DNA of 60,557 nucleotides from Octopus bimaculoides (GCF_001194135.2 NC_068990.1:74974251-75034807); one strand, 5' to 3'. Positions 38,123 through 50,122 are shown, counted from the first letter of the stretch. Notes: generated by a model not told the origin, from the sequence alone. Translations and numbers: made by a program.

Positions 38123-39270
38123 CTCTGCTGGAACGCAAATTGGGGACATTGTATCCACATTTAACTTGTATTTTAATTTATTACCTCGTCATTTTTTTTT
38201 TTTTTGCTAAACGTGTCTGGCTATAGCTTTAAGCTACATCCCGTAGTGGGGCCCTGATTGGAGAATTTCAGGTTGTTGGGGAGTGCAGAATTACCTCTTT
38301 GCTACTATTGCTCTTTGGTCTACTTTGACCTGGAGTTCTACCACCTAATTACCCAAATACCACACAACTGTGGGGTAATTAGCGTGTTATGGAAGAAACT
38401 CCAAGCACAATACCTCACTGCCTTGTGAATATTTTGGGAAATGGAAAGACTATAGAAGTCAACTCTTACAAGAAACAAGGGAACGAAGTCCCTCAAACGG
38501 TCTGGTAACATATTTGGCACCCTTCTAGCAACTCTAGAGTTGTGGAGCTCTCCAGCTCTGAAAGACAATTCACCTCGGAGATGGCTACTCCAATGTAAAA
38601 CTTACAACTTGCTGGTCACTGTGGTCAGACTGTCGAGAAGAAAACAAGCTGCACCTTATTGTTTCCACTTTTTTGTTGAATATACTTTCTCTTTTGATTG
38701 CTCCTCATACACATACCGACGTGTGCGCACGCGCACACACACATACACGCACACACCATATTCTTTTGGACAACTGAGATGAAGAACTACCTATGCAAAA
38801 AAAAAGACATCAGAACCTTTTGTCCACTCTGTACCGAAGAACAGTATTTCATTCTGTTCTCGGAGAATTCTCTTGTAAACACCTTTAAAGAACGCGTTTA
38901 TCGTTGCAATCGTTGTTAAAAACATACCTTTAGTTCCTAATAATAGTTTCTATCAATCTATAAAATTTGACTTTTGACTGTTTTCTTACACATTATTTCT
39001 ACTACATATATCAATTTACATGCTTTTAAGCTTTATTTGCACTCATCTATCGCACTATATTTCGCCACTCTTAATTTTCTGTTAATTTCTTTCTTTCTCC
39101 TTTTTCTCTAAATTGCCTTTGACGTCAAATCTATTAACAGTTTTTTTTCAAATAACTTTCCAGCGTTCCCTTCATCGTATACGCGGCAATCACATCGGTT
39201 AAAATGGCTTATTGATGTGTTTCGTTTCTCTTTTTTTCCTGATGAGATGTTTACATTGTTTTACATCATT

Positions 39271-39326
39271 TTATTCCCTCAGGAATAATACCAATGTTTT
39301 CTTCGAAACATATGTCGGAAGAATAA
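39271..39326 (+). ncRNA. Degenerate type I hammerhead motif (second family)
   Basis: uuauucc-CUCAGGA(G5>C)-weak stem II-GAAAC-AUAU-GUC-ggaa..aauaa; palindromic helix III ACAUAUGU. Confidence 0.55.
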
Positions 39327-39363
39327 AGATTTGAATAACACCTGCGTTTAACCCCATTTCTTA

Positions 39364-39409
<46 letters not shown>

Positions 39410-39414
39410 TATTC

Positions 39415-39728
39415 TATTAATTGATTCAGTCATTTGATTGCGGCCATGCTGGGCCACCATCTTGAAGGGTTTTTAATCGAAAAAATCTACCCCAATAATT
39501 ACTTTTAAGCCTAGTACTTATTCTGTCGGCCTCTTTTGCTGAACTGCTAAGTTACGGGCAACTAAATACACCAATACCGGTTGTCAAGCGGCGATGGTGG
39601 CGGCAAATACAGACACAAAGACAAACATACACACACCGATAGACACATACATACGACAGACACCTGCCCAAACGGAACCTGGCGCCATATGGTTGGGAAG
39701 TACACTTCTTACCACACAGCCACGCCTA
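39415..39728 (-). mobile_element. SINE family B, internally deleted
   Basis: tgcggccatgctggg...ggttgtcaagcggcgatgg...ttaccacacagccacgcct. Confidence 0.8.
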
Positions 39729-40099
39729 TATATANNNNNNNNNNNNNNNNNNNNNNNNNNNNNNNNNNNNNNNNNNNNNNNNNNNNNNNNNNNNNNNNNN
39801 NNNNNNNNNNNNNNNNNNNNNNNNNNNNNNNNNNNNNNNNNNNNNNNNNNNNNNNNNNNNNAATAGCTTTTAGAATGTGAAAACATTTTTTAAAGAAATT
39901 CTGAAGCTCCCAGTAACTTGGTATTTTGCAGAAAATAACAGAAAGTCTCGAACGTAGTGTAGGTGTGAAAACAACTTAGAAGATCGGATGAAATATTCTT
40001 AGAAGACGATAAAAAGGGGCCAGCAAGCTGTCATAGAGAATCGAACCGTGTACATCTCAAATTCAGTCTTTCTGCGTTCGAGGTTTTCTCTGTTGATTT

Positions 40100-40235
40100 T
40101 CTCGTGTTCCTTTCTGTTGAAGAGCGTATGTTCGAAACGTAAAAGATTTTCTCACCTTCCCGAGCGTTAAACTAATACACCTGTTTGTTTTTTACGCACC
40201 CATCTTCGTCCTTTTTTTGTAAATTCCAACTATAT
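40100..40235 (+). mobile_element. ~140-bp repeat with a hammerhead-like fold (third family), copy 1
   Basis: Homologous to 47564-47710; cuuu-CUGUUGA-a-gagc/guuc-GAAAC-GUA-aaag at 40110-40145. Confidence 0.6.
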
Positions 40236-40479
40236 ATGTATTTAAGTATGTATGTATATATTAATATGCATGTATGCATGTATGTATCTTCCTGTGTTTA
40301 GAGAGCGTCGTTATGCCAACCCACAAATTCATGACAAAAATCTTGGAAACCAAAAACATAAACGAAGTGTGTGTGTGTGTTTATATGTATATGCGTATGT
40401 GTATGTGTATGTATGTGTGTGTGTGCTTGTGTGTGTGTGTGTATATGTATGTGTGCGTGTGTGTATGAGTTTGTGCTTG

Positions 40480-40660
40480 TCCCTCTCGACCGCTTGACAA
40501 CTGGTGTTGGTCTTTTTACCTCCCCGTCACATCGCGCTTCGGTAAAAGAGCTCGATAGAATAATTACCAGACTTAGAGACTGATTAGTTTGACTAAATCT
40601 TTCAAAGTAGTACCCCAGTATGACCGCAGCCCAATGACTGAATCAAGTAAAAAAGAAATA
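40480..40660 (+). mobile_element. SINE family B, 3' half
   Basis: accgcttgacaactggtgttgg...cccagtatgaccgcagcccaatgactgaa. Confidence 0.75.
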
Positions 40661-42097
40661 AAGGATATCAATAATGCACGCAATACACCATGCTGATGGT
40701 AAAGAATGAGTTACCGAATTTAGAACGGAAAAATCGAACTTCTACAAGCATTTTATAGTCAGTTGAATTATTTAATAATTGTCTTTATTGAGACGCGAAT
40801 GAATGATGATATATGATTTTCATGCCTGTCTGAATGGTATTAAAATATGTTAAAATGTTTTAGCATCATCGATAAATCAATCTAAACGGAAATTATTATT
40901 GTAACTGATTGTGTATTTACCTCTTGCAGTACAGAGCTCGCCTCTTTAATTCTTCATTAATTAACATCAAATAAATATACTTGTGGGAATTATTTAACTT
41001 ATTCTTATCCTGGTGTGTGATAGTAGAGTAGAGTAGAGCAGACCGGGTGGATTAGGGAAGGATTAACGAAATTTATTCGCGTTTCTAAATTTTGTAAAGA
41101 ATTTAAAACCTGATAAGTGAACTACAGAACTACGATTAGTAAAATCTGCATTTCATTTAACAATGATGATAACCGATGCTAAAGCCAAGTTTGTGGACCG
41201 GTTAAACAATTTGATAAGCTGTTAGATTGAAGATCTATTACTTTGTTCGATCTGAAAGACTGTATCAAATATCTTTGACTGCAATTTATTAAATAGTTGT
41301 AATTTCTATTGAAATTTAAGCCTTTGTGTTCTTATCACAAAGTCGCAGTTCGGCAAGACTATTCTTTGATATGGAGTTCTCGCTGAATGACCGACAATTT
41401 TATTAGTCGCATGAATATTATCTCGAATGAAAATCACCCCCTCACATCTCTCTTCTCCACCACGCCACTTGTCTGTTATTTACTTTTCTCGAAACTCTCC
41501 CATCTGGCGGCAATTAATTAAACTACTAAAAACTACTTTTTGTCTTAGATTAGAACTACGTCTGCCAGCGATAACCAAACATGTGTCTGCTAGTGTAATC
41601 CCTAAGGATACAAGAATAATCTTTCGTTATCTCCTCCATATTGTCTTTCTTTACTACTTCTTACATAAGGCGATTCCAGCATCTTATTTTTGCGCTGCTC
41701 GAAAAACAGACAAACCGATTATTGTGTTTTGCTGTTTCGTATGGAGCAAAATCATGCCTTCTTGTCAATATTGATGTCATTTTAGCTTTGCGAAGTGATC
41801 AAATTATTTACTCCAAAGACCCTTCAAGCTTAAATTCATTTCTCTCATGACTCTACCTTTGCCAGTTTGAGCCGTGTAAACATATTTGCCAATAATGATA
41901 TTGATATACGCTCGCCGCTGAAAATGCTGGCACATTTCCCAGAGATTGTCAATATATCAAACGTTACATTCTTAACCTACACCGATGCTTGTTTATCTTA
42001 TTAATGTTTGTTATTTTATCCCCGTTATCACAGGTACTCTTGCTAATCCAGGAGAAAAGTCGATGCGAGGAATGTCAACGGACAGAAGGAGAAATAA

Positions 42098-42128
<31 letters not shown>

Positions 42129-42346
42129 AAAAACTATAGCAAAAATAATAACTGTAATATAAACATAACAAAAATAAAAAATGGGGATGTTTAGTTAGCT
42201 AAGTACGTCTTTCTGGCTTTCAGTCAGTCTTCAGAAATGGTTGCTCTGTCATATTACATTACAAATTAATAACTCCTATTTGGCTTTCGGAACAATAAGG
42301 ATTTAGACAAAGGAAAACCAAAACAACAAAAAAGCATAAGAAGGAA

Positions 42347-42381
<35 letters not shown>

Positions 42382-43630
42382 AGAAGAAGAAGAAGAAGAA
42401 GAAGAAGAAGAAGAAGAAGAAGAAGAAGAAGAAGAAGAAGAAGAAAAAGGAAAGAGAGAAAAGTACAGCAGAAACAGCAGCTGTAATAGGAGTAACCTTT
42501 CCACCAATATGAAATAAATAAATAAATGAAAATAACTCTTTCTTGTGATCTGCCATATCATACGTTATTATATTAAATATGATATAATGCCAGTAGTTTG
42601 GTTAAGCAGCAGAAACCTGCTCCGAAAGCTGGAGGTAATCAGAAGAGTGCTATTTCAAGTCCCAGTGTCTCGATGCATTTCATTATTCAGTTGCTATCAA
42701 ATGTGAAGACGACAAGGAATCAAAAGAAATATAATCGAAAATATTCCTTATATATGTATGTATGTATGTATGTATACATACATTCGCGCATACATGTACA
42801 TGTATTCATGCATATACATATGGTATATATATATATATATATATATATATTAGTATGTATGTATGCGTGTACATATATGCGTAAGGATGCGTACGGCATC
42901 ATCGTAATAAATAAGCATACTTAAGGTTGCATCAGCAAAAGATAGATAAAGATGGTATGGCTGTCGTAAAAATAAAAACCCTAGGCATTAAAGAAATGAG
43001 TAGAAGAACCATCAGCAACAACGTAGAGACTGCAGAGAAGGAGTCGAGGTGACTCAGGTCGAAAAGAGTCCCGTTGAGGTCTAAAGAATGTCATTGGACA
43101 AAGGCATCGGTTTGATCAACCCCACTTGGTTCACCTAAGTGAGGGCGTATGATATAAGAGCCGAAACAACCACAAGCTCTAGGATACAATACTGACAATG
43201 TATCCAGGTATTGCATTTGTGGATGTGTGAAGAACGCACGCGCTCTGCCTATATACGTTTCGGTATGTGTATAGGGTATTATCGTATAATATAGATTAAG
43301 CATATAAAATAATTAATAACACCAGAGGAATTTGTTCATGTACTTGGAACGTTCATACCGAAAAGCATTGCTTACACAGCTTTCCACAATTATTTACGAA
43401 TATGACATTAAATATCACTTTGATAACTACGATACCTGTATCATACAGAAAAAGAAAACAACATTCAATTAACCCACAAAATATCCTTAAGCACAACCTA
43501 GTTACTATAAAGCATAAGTCCCGTAATCGTACTACTCAAACAAATTAAACGAAGAAAAGACGCTGCAAACATGAGTATCCCTATCGGCCACATGTTTGCT
43601 ATTTTCTACGCAAACGAATTTTGAAATGAA

Positions 43631-43895
43631 CGGCGTGTTAACGATTCTGCCAACTCGCCGCCTTACTATTGATATATATTCTTTTCTACTCTAGGCTCAA
43701 GGTCCGAAATGTTGGGGGGAGGGGTTTAGTCGATTAAATCGACTCCAGTATGCAACTGGTACTTAATTTATCGATTTCGAAAGGATGAAGGGCAAAGTCG
43801 ACCTCGGCGGAATTTGAACTCAGAACCTAAAGACAGACGAAATACCGCTAAACATTTCGCCCGGCGTGCTAACGTATCTGCCAGCTCGCCGCCTT
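43631..43895 (-). mobile_element. SINE A (43677-43895) with a 12-bp TSD, inserted beside an older SINE head (43631-43664)
   Basis: TSD actattgatata at 43665-43676 and 43898-43909. Confidence 0.85.
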
Positions 43896-43909
43896 AAACT
43901 ATTGATATA

Positions 43910-44036
43910 CAGGGTGTCCACAAAGTCTGGGTACATGGAGTAAATAAAATCATAACATAAACAATTAAATATAAGAAATAATGATTTCTTAAAGTATGTG
44001 TTAATCCCCTTGTACCCAATCTTTGTGGACACCCTG
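43910..44036. mobile_element. 127-bp Tc1/mariner-type MITE, TA TSD
   Basis: TA|cagggtgtccacaaagtctgggtaca...tgtacccaatctttgtggacaccctg|TA; 26-bp TIRs with 2 mismatches. Confidence 0.92.
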
Positions 44037-44724
44037 TATATTAACTGGAACATAAAAAAAGACACTATAAGAGGTGTCGACTGTTTTGCTGTACCTTTAC
44101 ATGAATACACTAAAAAAGAAAAAAATAGAATATCTACGTAAGTTTATTATATCTGAAATAAGATATAGGCATATGATATCAAAGAACCCAATTAATAATG
44201 AACAAAGAAACAAATTGTTAGACGCATCTAACTATGAACATAAAATAGAACACTTAACTAAATCTTTTAAGTAAAATTTGCACCCTTAATACAAACAAAT
44301 GACTCGGCCGATATATTATGAACAACGAGAATTTAATAAAGAAGAATCATTGAATTGATGAGAGACTTTTAAGGAGAATTGATGAAGCAACACAATATTA
44401 ACACAAGCCCTAAAGATGAATTATATCTACTTATATATTATGAAAACAATTTTCTTAAAGATTTGGACACTTCGTCTTAAACAGCGACAAATACGGTAGC
44501 ATACAAAAACTTAGTATTACTACCTACGAGTCCATTGTTTGAGCCTCGTTGTGGTCTTTCGATCTGTTAGAAATAGCAGCAAATGCCACCACCACCACTA
44601 ACAACAACAACAACAACGCCATCACCCCCCCTCCACCACCAACAACAAAAACACCAACAACACCAACGCCGCCACTTCCACCACCACCACTACCAACAAT
44701 AACAATAACAACGCCATCACTACC

Positions 44725-44756
<32 letters not shown>

Positions 44757-45766
44757 CAGCTGTTTACGTTAAGAGACGTAGGGATAACGTTAAAATCTAG
44801 ATTAACAGAACTATATGGACTGTTGAAAGATTTCTTTTTTGTAAATATTGGTGATGTTATGGGACAATAATACTTTGTACTCGTATGTGTTCGCTTTTTC
44901 GAGTGCTACTCGACAAAACAAAAGTAGTTTGGAATTACATAAAACAGTCAAGGTGTTTTTTTAAGAAGCTTTAAAAGCCGCCGTGAGCTTTTCTGATTGT
45001 TGGACTCAATATAAATTTGAAGTTTGATTTAAATAGCCCGAACACTTTGAAAGTAAAAATTTATTTTAATTTAAAAATAAACTTATCAGTTTGCTGAATC
45101 AAAAGCTATCCACCTCAGTGAAAGTTTAATTTCTGACTGATGGTTGAATATTCTATACGAAACGGTCTTTCAGGAGTCTCTGCCACTTTTTTCGGACATT
45201 ACAATCAAAGAATGGATGTGTTTACATTCTTACAACTTCCTAGCCAACAGCCTTCCTAAGATTAAATTTAGTTTAAGTTCTTCTGATTCACGTTGAATGT
45301 AAACAAGAAAAATTATTCTTGTTTGCAGAACTCAGAAAACTAACTGCAGATGCGTACTGAGATGAGATCCGCATATATAAATAAATGAATATATATATAT
45401 ATATATATATATANNNNNNNNNNNNNNNNNNNNNNNNNNNNNNNNNNNNNNNNNNNNNNNNNNNNNNNNNNNNNNNNNNNNNNNNNNNNNNNNNNNNNNN
45501 NNNNNNNNNNNNNNNNNNNNNNNNNNNNNNNNNNNNNNNNNNNNNNNNNNNNNNNNNNNNNNNNNNNNNNNNNNNNNNNNNNNNNNNNNNNNNNNNNNNN
45601 NNNNNNNNNNNNNNNNNNNNNNNNNNNNNNNNNNNNNNNNNNNNNNNNNNNNNNNNNNNNNNNNNNNNNNNNNNNNNNNNNNNNNNNNNNNNNNNNNNNN
45701 NNNNNNNNNNNNNNNNNNNNNNNNNNNNNNNNNNNNNNNNNNNNNNNNNNNNNNNNNNNNNNNNNN

Positions 45767-45831
<65 letters not shown>

Positions 45832-47563
45832 GTTTGTGTGTGTAAGTGAAAAATGTATAGTAAATGCACAGACGAACGGAAAACATATTAAATCAGACGC
45901 AGAAGTTCCTTAATTCTTCATCAGTTATCGACGAGAGGGCAATGACACAATTTCGTGCCTTTAGCGATAAGATTGTTTCCCAGCTGGAGGCATCCACAAG
46001 AATTGCGGAGAATGCTGGACCGAGAACAAACAAGCAATACCTGGATAATAAGCGACACAGAAGTGGACATACGATAATGAATAAATGTAAGAAGATGGAT
46101 GAAGGACAAAGACGAAATACATAAGAAACAAAGAGAATGCAGCCTTAAGGATAGATGATGATGATACATTTGTAACGCTTAAAGGGAATTGCTAAAGGAT
46201 TGGAAACAGAAGGACAACAAACAGCGAGACAGGCTGAAGAGGAGACTAGATAATTTAGGACCGGTCAATTCAGTGACCGGTGTAAAAAAGAGGGAGAAAT
46301 TTTAAAAAAATGGGCTGACCACGTGTCACGTGTCAGCAGCCGGCAAAGGTAGACACAGTCGGCAGAGAAGAACGAGGCGAGAGAGAGAAAGATAGAGAGA
46401 GAGAGAGAGAGAAAGATAGAGAGAGAGAGAGAGAAAGATAGAGTCAGAGAGGGGGGACAGAGGAGAGAGAGAAAGGAAAAGACGGAGAGAGAAGAAAAGG
46501 AGAAACAAGAAAGGCTAGAAATAGAAGTCACACAGATATATGAATAACTGCTAATAAAAACCAGGGTGATATATGTATCTATATATATAAAGTTAATAAA
46601 AGAAAATGGAGAAGAAAAAATTTAGTGGATACTTGGTTAAATTTATTAGTATCACCATGAAAAAGTAATACATATAAGATTCAGGATATAAGGGGACCTC
46701 ATCAACAAAAGAAATAACCAAAGAAGTAACCAAAAGAAAAAACCTACATATGTTTCAATCCGGCTTTAGGTTTTAATTATCAGCATTCAAGCTATTTTAG
46801 ATGTAAAGTAAGAAAAAAAAAAACACAAATTTAGTCGGATATCTTCAGGGATAGATGTGTACTTTCAGGTGTTGAATAACGAAATAAACTAAGTTGAGGA
46901 CCGTGTTTTCAAATATTCAAACGTAAACAATCATTTATTAGGACGTCGAGTTCATGTGAGGAGATATTATACATTGAAATTTTGCTAAAATGCTATAATA
47001 TATTTGGAATATATATATATNNNNNNNNNNNNNNNNNNNNNNNNNNNNNNNNNNNNNNNNNNNNNNNNNNNNNNNNNNNNNNNNNNNNNNNNNNNNNNNN
47101 NNNNNNNNNNNNNNNNNNNNNNNNNNNNNNNNNNNNNNNNNNNNNNNNNNNNNNNNNNNNNNNNNNNNNNNNNNNNNNNNNNNNNNNNNNNNNNNNNNNN
47201 NNNNNNNNNNNNNNNNNNNNNNNNNNNNNNNNNNNNNNNNNNNNNNNNNNNNNNNNNNNNNNNNNNNNNNNNNNNNNNNNNNNNNNNNNNNNNNNNNNNN
47301 NNNNNNNNNNNNNNNNNNNNNNNNNNNNNNNNNNNNNNNNNNNNNNNNNNNNNNNNNNNNNNNNNNNNNNNNNNNNNNNNNNNNNNNNNNNNNNNNNNNN
47401 NNNNNNNNNNNNNNNNNNNNNNNNNNNNNNNNNNNNNNNNNNNNNNNNNNNNNNNNNNNNNNNNNNNNNNNNNNNNNNNNNNNNNNNNNNNNNNNNNNNN
47501 NNNNNNNNNNNNNNNNNNNNNNNNNNNNNNNNNNNNNNNNNNNNNNNNNNNNNNNNNNNNNNN

Positions 47564-47710
47564 CCTTGTTTATTTCTGTGTTCCTTTCTGTTGAAGAGCG
47601 TAGGCTCGAAACGTTAAAGACTTTCTCTATTCCCAAGCGTTATACTAATGCATCCATTTGTTGTTTACACCACCTGTCTTTGTCTGTTGTTTTTTTCGTA
47701 AATTCTCCCA
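47564..47710 (+). mobile_element. Hammerhead-like repeat (third family), copy 2
   Basis: cuuu-CUGUUGA-a-gagc-guag-gcuc-GAAAC-GUU-aaag at 47584-47619. Confidence 0.6.
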
Positions 47711-47732
47711 TATATATATATATATGTGTGTG

Positions 47733-47779
<47 letters not shown>

Positions 47780-47786
<7 letters not shown>

Positions 47787-47930
47787 CGATATTGGTGTGT
47801 TTCGGCAAAAGCGACTGATAGAATAAGTACTAGGCTTACGAAAAATAATCCCTGGGGTCGATTTGTTCGGCTAGAAGGCGGTGCTCCAGCATGGCCGCAG
47901 TCAAATGACTGAAACAAGTAAAAGAGTATA
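47780..47930 (+). mobile_element. SINE family B, 3' half
   Basis: ttcggcaaaag...gatagaataagtactaggctt...ggcggtgctccagcatggccgcagtcaaatgactgaaac. Confidence 0.85.
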
Positions 47931-48011
47931 TAAGGGATTAAGGGACATAAATAATTCATTTAATTGTAATACAAAATGTTATGGGCTGTTAAGGATATTA
48001 AAGACAGAATG

Positions 48012-48361
48012 AGTGGTTTAGCATGCGTAAAAAAAACCTATATCGGTATAAATTATCAATTAATAATTAAGGGTACTAACAGGTAGTACCGTCATGCTTG
48101 ACATCGCAGTCAAAATGACCAAATCACAAGTTTTCACTTCAACTCAAAGGTGAAAGCAGGTAAATGAATAAAAACTCTAAGAGCCCCGTACCACAAACGA
48201 AAATAATCGAAAATTGTCAGACATACCCGTATCACCATGATTTTGAACTTTGAGAAATACCCTTAGTGAGTTTTACTGACGTACTGCCTGTTAGTAGCCT
48301 TAATTATTTATTGATAATTTATACCGTTATAGTTTTTTTTTTTTACGCATGCTAAATCACT
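48012..48361. repeat. Second, overlapping inverted repeat (~83-bp arms)
   Basis: agtggtttagcatgcgtaaaa...gtaccgtca (48012-48094) versus tgacgtac...tacgcatgctaaatcact (48277-48361). Confidence 0.9.
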
Positions 48362-48727
48362 GATATTATTATAAATAATAATATTCTCATATATATTTAA
48401 ATAATTTTTCATTTACTTCGATCACCTTTTTATATCTGCTGCGGCATTAAAAACGATCATCGCGCACATTGGTTGAGATGAATAAACTCTACAACCCTGA
48501 GTATCAGTAAGACTCGCTGAAGAGGAACTAAGGGTATTTGTCAAACATCGAAATCACAGTGATACGGATATGTCTGACTTTTCAATTTTAGATTATTTTC
48601 ATTATTGGTACGGGGTTCTTAGAGACTTTATTCATTTGCCCGCTTTCACCTTCGTATTTAAGTGAAAACTTGTGGTTTGGTCATTTTGACTTCTATGTCA
48701 ACATGCCCGTACTGCTTGTTACTACCC
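48071..48727. mobile_element. TTAA-flanked element with ~200-bp TIRs (Kolobok-like termini GG...CC)
   Basis: TTAA(48067-70)|gggtactaacagg...aaatacccttagt(48267) versus actaagggtattt(48527)...ttactaccc|TTAA(48728-31). Confidence 0.7.
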
Positions 48728-49562
48728 TTAATTGAGGTGATGTACAGGAATTATATATTAGAAAAAATAATAAGGAACTCAGATATCTGGATGATTGTAC
48801 ATTTACAGATTTTTATTAATATGTCACATGTTTTAAAAATATTAGCGCTTGAACCTATTCTTGTAGGTTCTTCAGATTATATATATATACATATATATAT
48901 GTATGTATATGTATATATACATATATATATGTATGTATATGTATATATATGTATATATATGTATATATAGATACATATATATGTATGCATGTATAAGTGT
49001 TTGTGTGGTTGTGTGTGTATGTGTGTGTGCGCGAGCGTGTCTGTGTGTGTGGGCGCACGTGGCGTGTGTGTAAAGAACGGATTCTCCGTTCAGTTTCCTT
49101 CTAACTCGACAGGTTTTTGAACAGTTTGAGAATATGCTAGAACTGTGAGAATCAAAGCGGTAACCACACAGTCGCGTAGCGTGCGACCGAACTCATTAAC
49201 CCTACAAGTATGCCTGCACTTATTATTGCCCACCACCGCTCCACCGATTCTGTCAATTCACTGCCCCTAAGCGGAACTAAGTACCTGAAAGGCGTTTAGT
49301 TCGTTGACATACCGTTTCTATTCACTTCGCTGCCTTTACAACTCTTCTCCATCCGCAGCAAAATATTTATTCAGCAACCATTCAGTTTGTTCCGTGACAT
49401 TTTTAATGAATACTTTTGAACTAATTTTCAACGCATTAATTAGCTCTGCTCTTCATGTTGTTTTTATCATCATTATTGCTAATGTTTCATTAAAAAAGAA
49501 TGAATAAATTCCCTTGCTTTCGTAAAATGAACCCACATGAAATATTATTATTATTATTACTC

Positions 49563-49623
<61 letters not shown>

Positions 49624-49909
49624 CACTACTATTATTACTATTGTTGTTGTTGTTATTATTATTGTTGTTGTTGTTGTTATTATTATCATTATGAGTAGTA
49701 ATAGTAGTAGTAGTATCATTTTCTTTGTTTTTATTTTGTTTAAATAAATAATTAAAGATTATTATAATTATTATTATTGTTCTTGTTCCTATTGTTGTTG
49801 CTGTTGCTGTTTTTTTTTGTTATGGTTGCCATCTTGTCTATTTTAAAAAATCAAATTTCCTTGCTTTAACAAAATCAGCCTACATTAAAAATATATGCTG
49901 TTATTATTA

Positions 49910-50122
49910 GCGCGGCGAGCTCACAGAATCGTTAGCACGCCGGACGAAATGTTCAGCGGTATTTCGTCTGCCGCTACGTTCTGAATTCAAATTCAGCCGA
50001 GGTCGACTTTCCCTGTCATCCTTTCAGTGTCGATAAATTAAGTACCAGTGAAACACTGGGGTCAATATAATTGACTAGTCCTCTCCCACCAAATTTGAGG
50101 CCTTGTACCTCCAATAGAAAAA
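49910..50122 (+). mobile_element. SINE family A, full length, long (ATT)n tail
   Basis: Family motifs. Confidence 0.9.

Noticed and set aside
38300-38660. Very decayed RTE-like LINE (LQLAGHC motif)
   Set aside because: Only one short motif across several frameshifts; insufficient.
41427-41774. 115-aa ORF in unique sequence
   Set aside because: No recognisable motif, and composition resembles random AT-rich DNA; the region may be non-coding unique DNA.
45133-45170. Additional hammerhead-like string ctgatgg...gaaacggtc
   Set aside because: Needs several indels to restore the core, stem I and stem II. The strings at 25269-25295 (ctgaagaaag...ccgaatg) and 39238-39268 (ctgatga-gatgt/acatc, no GAAA) fail likewise.
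45864-46124. 86-aa non-repetitive ORF (MHRRTENILNQTQKF...)
   Set aside because: No recognisable domain or clear splice signals; too short to support without homology or RNA data.
49030-49420. Possible promoter/5' exon (moderately GC-rich unique stretch with one CACGTG)
   Set aside because: No motif cluster, ORF or splice evidence strong enough to call.
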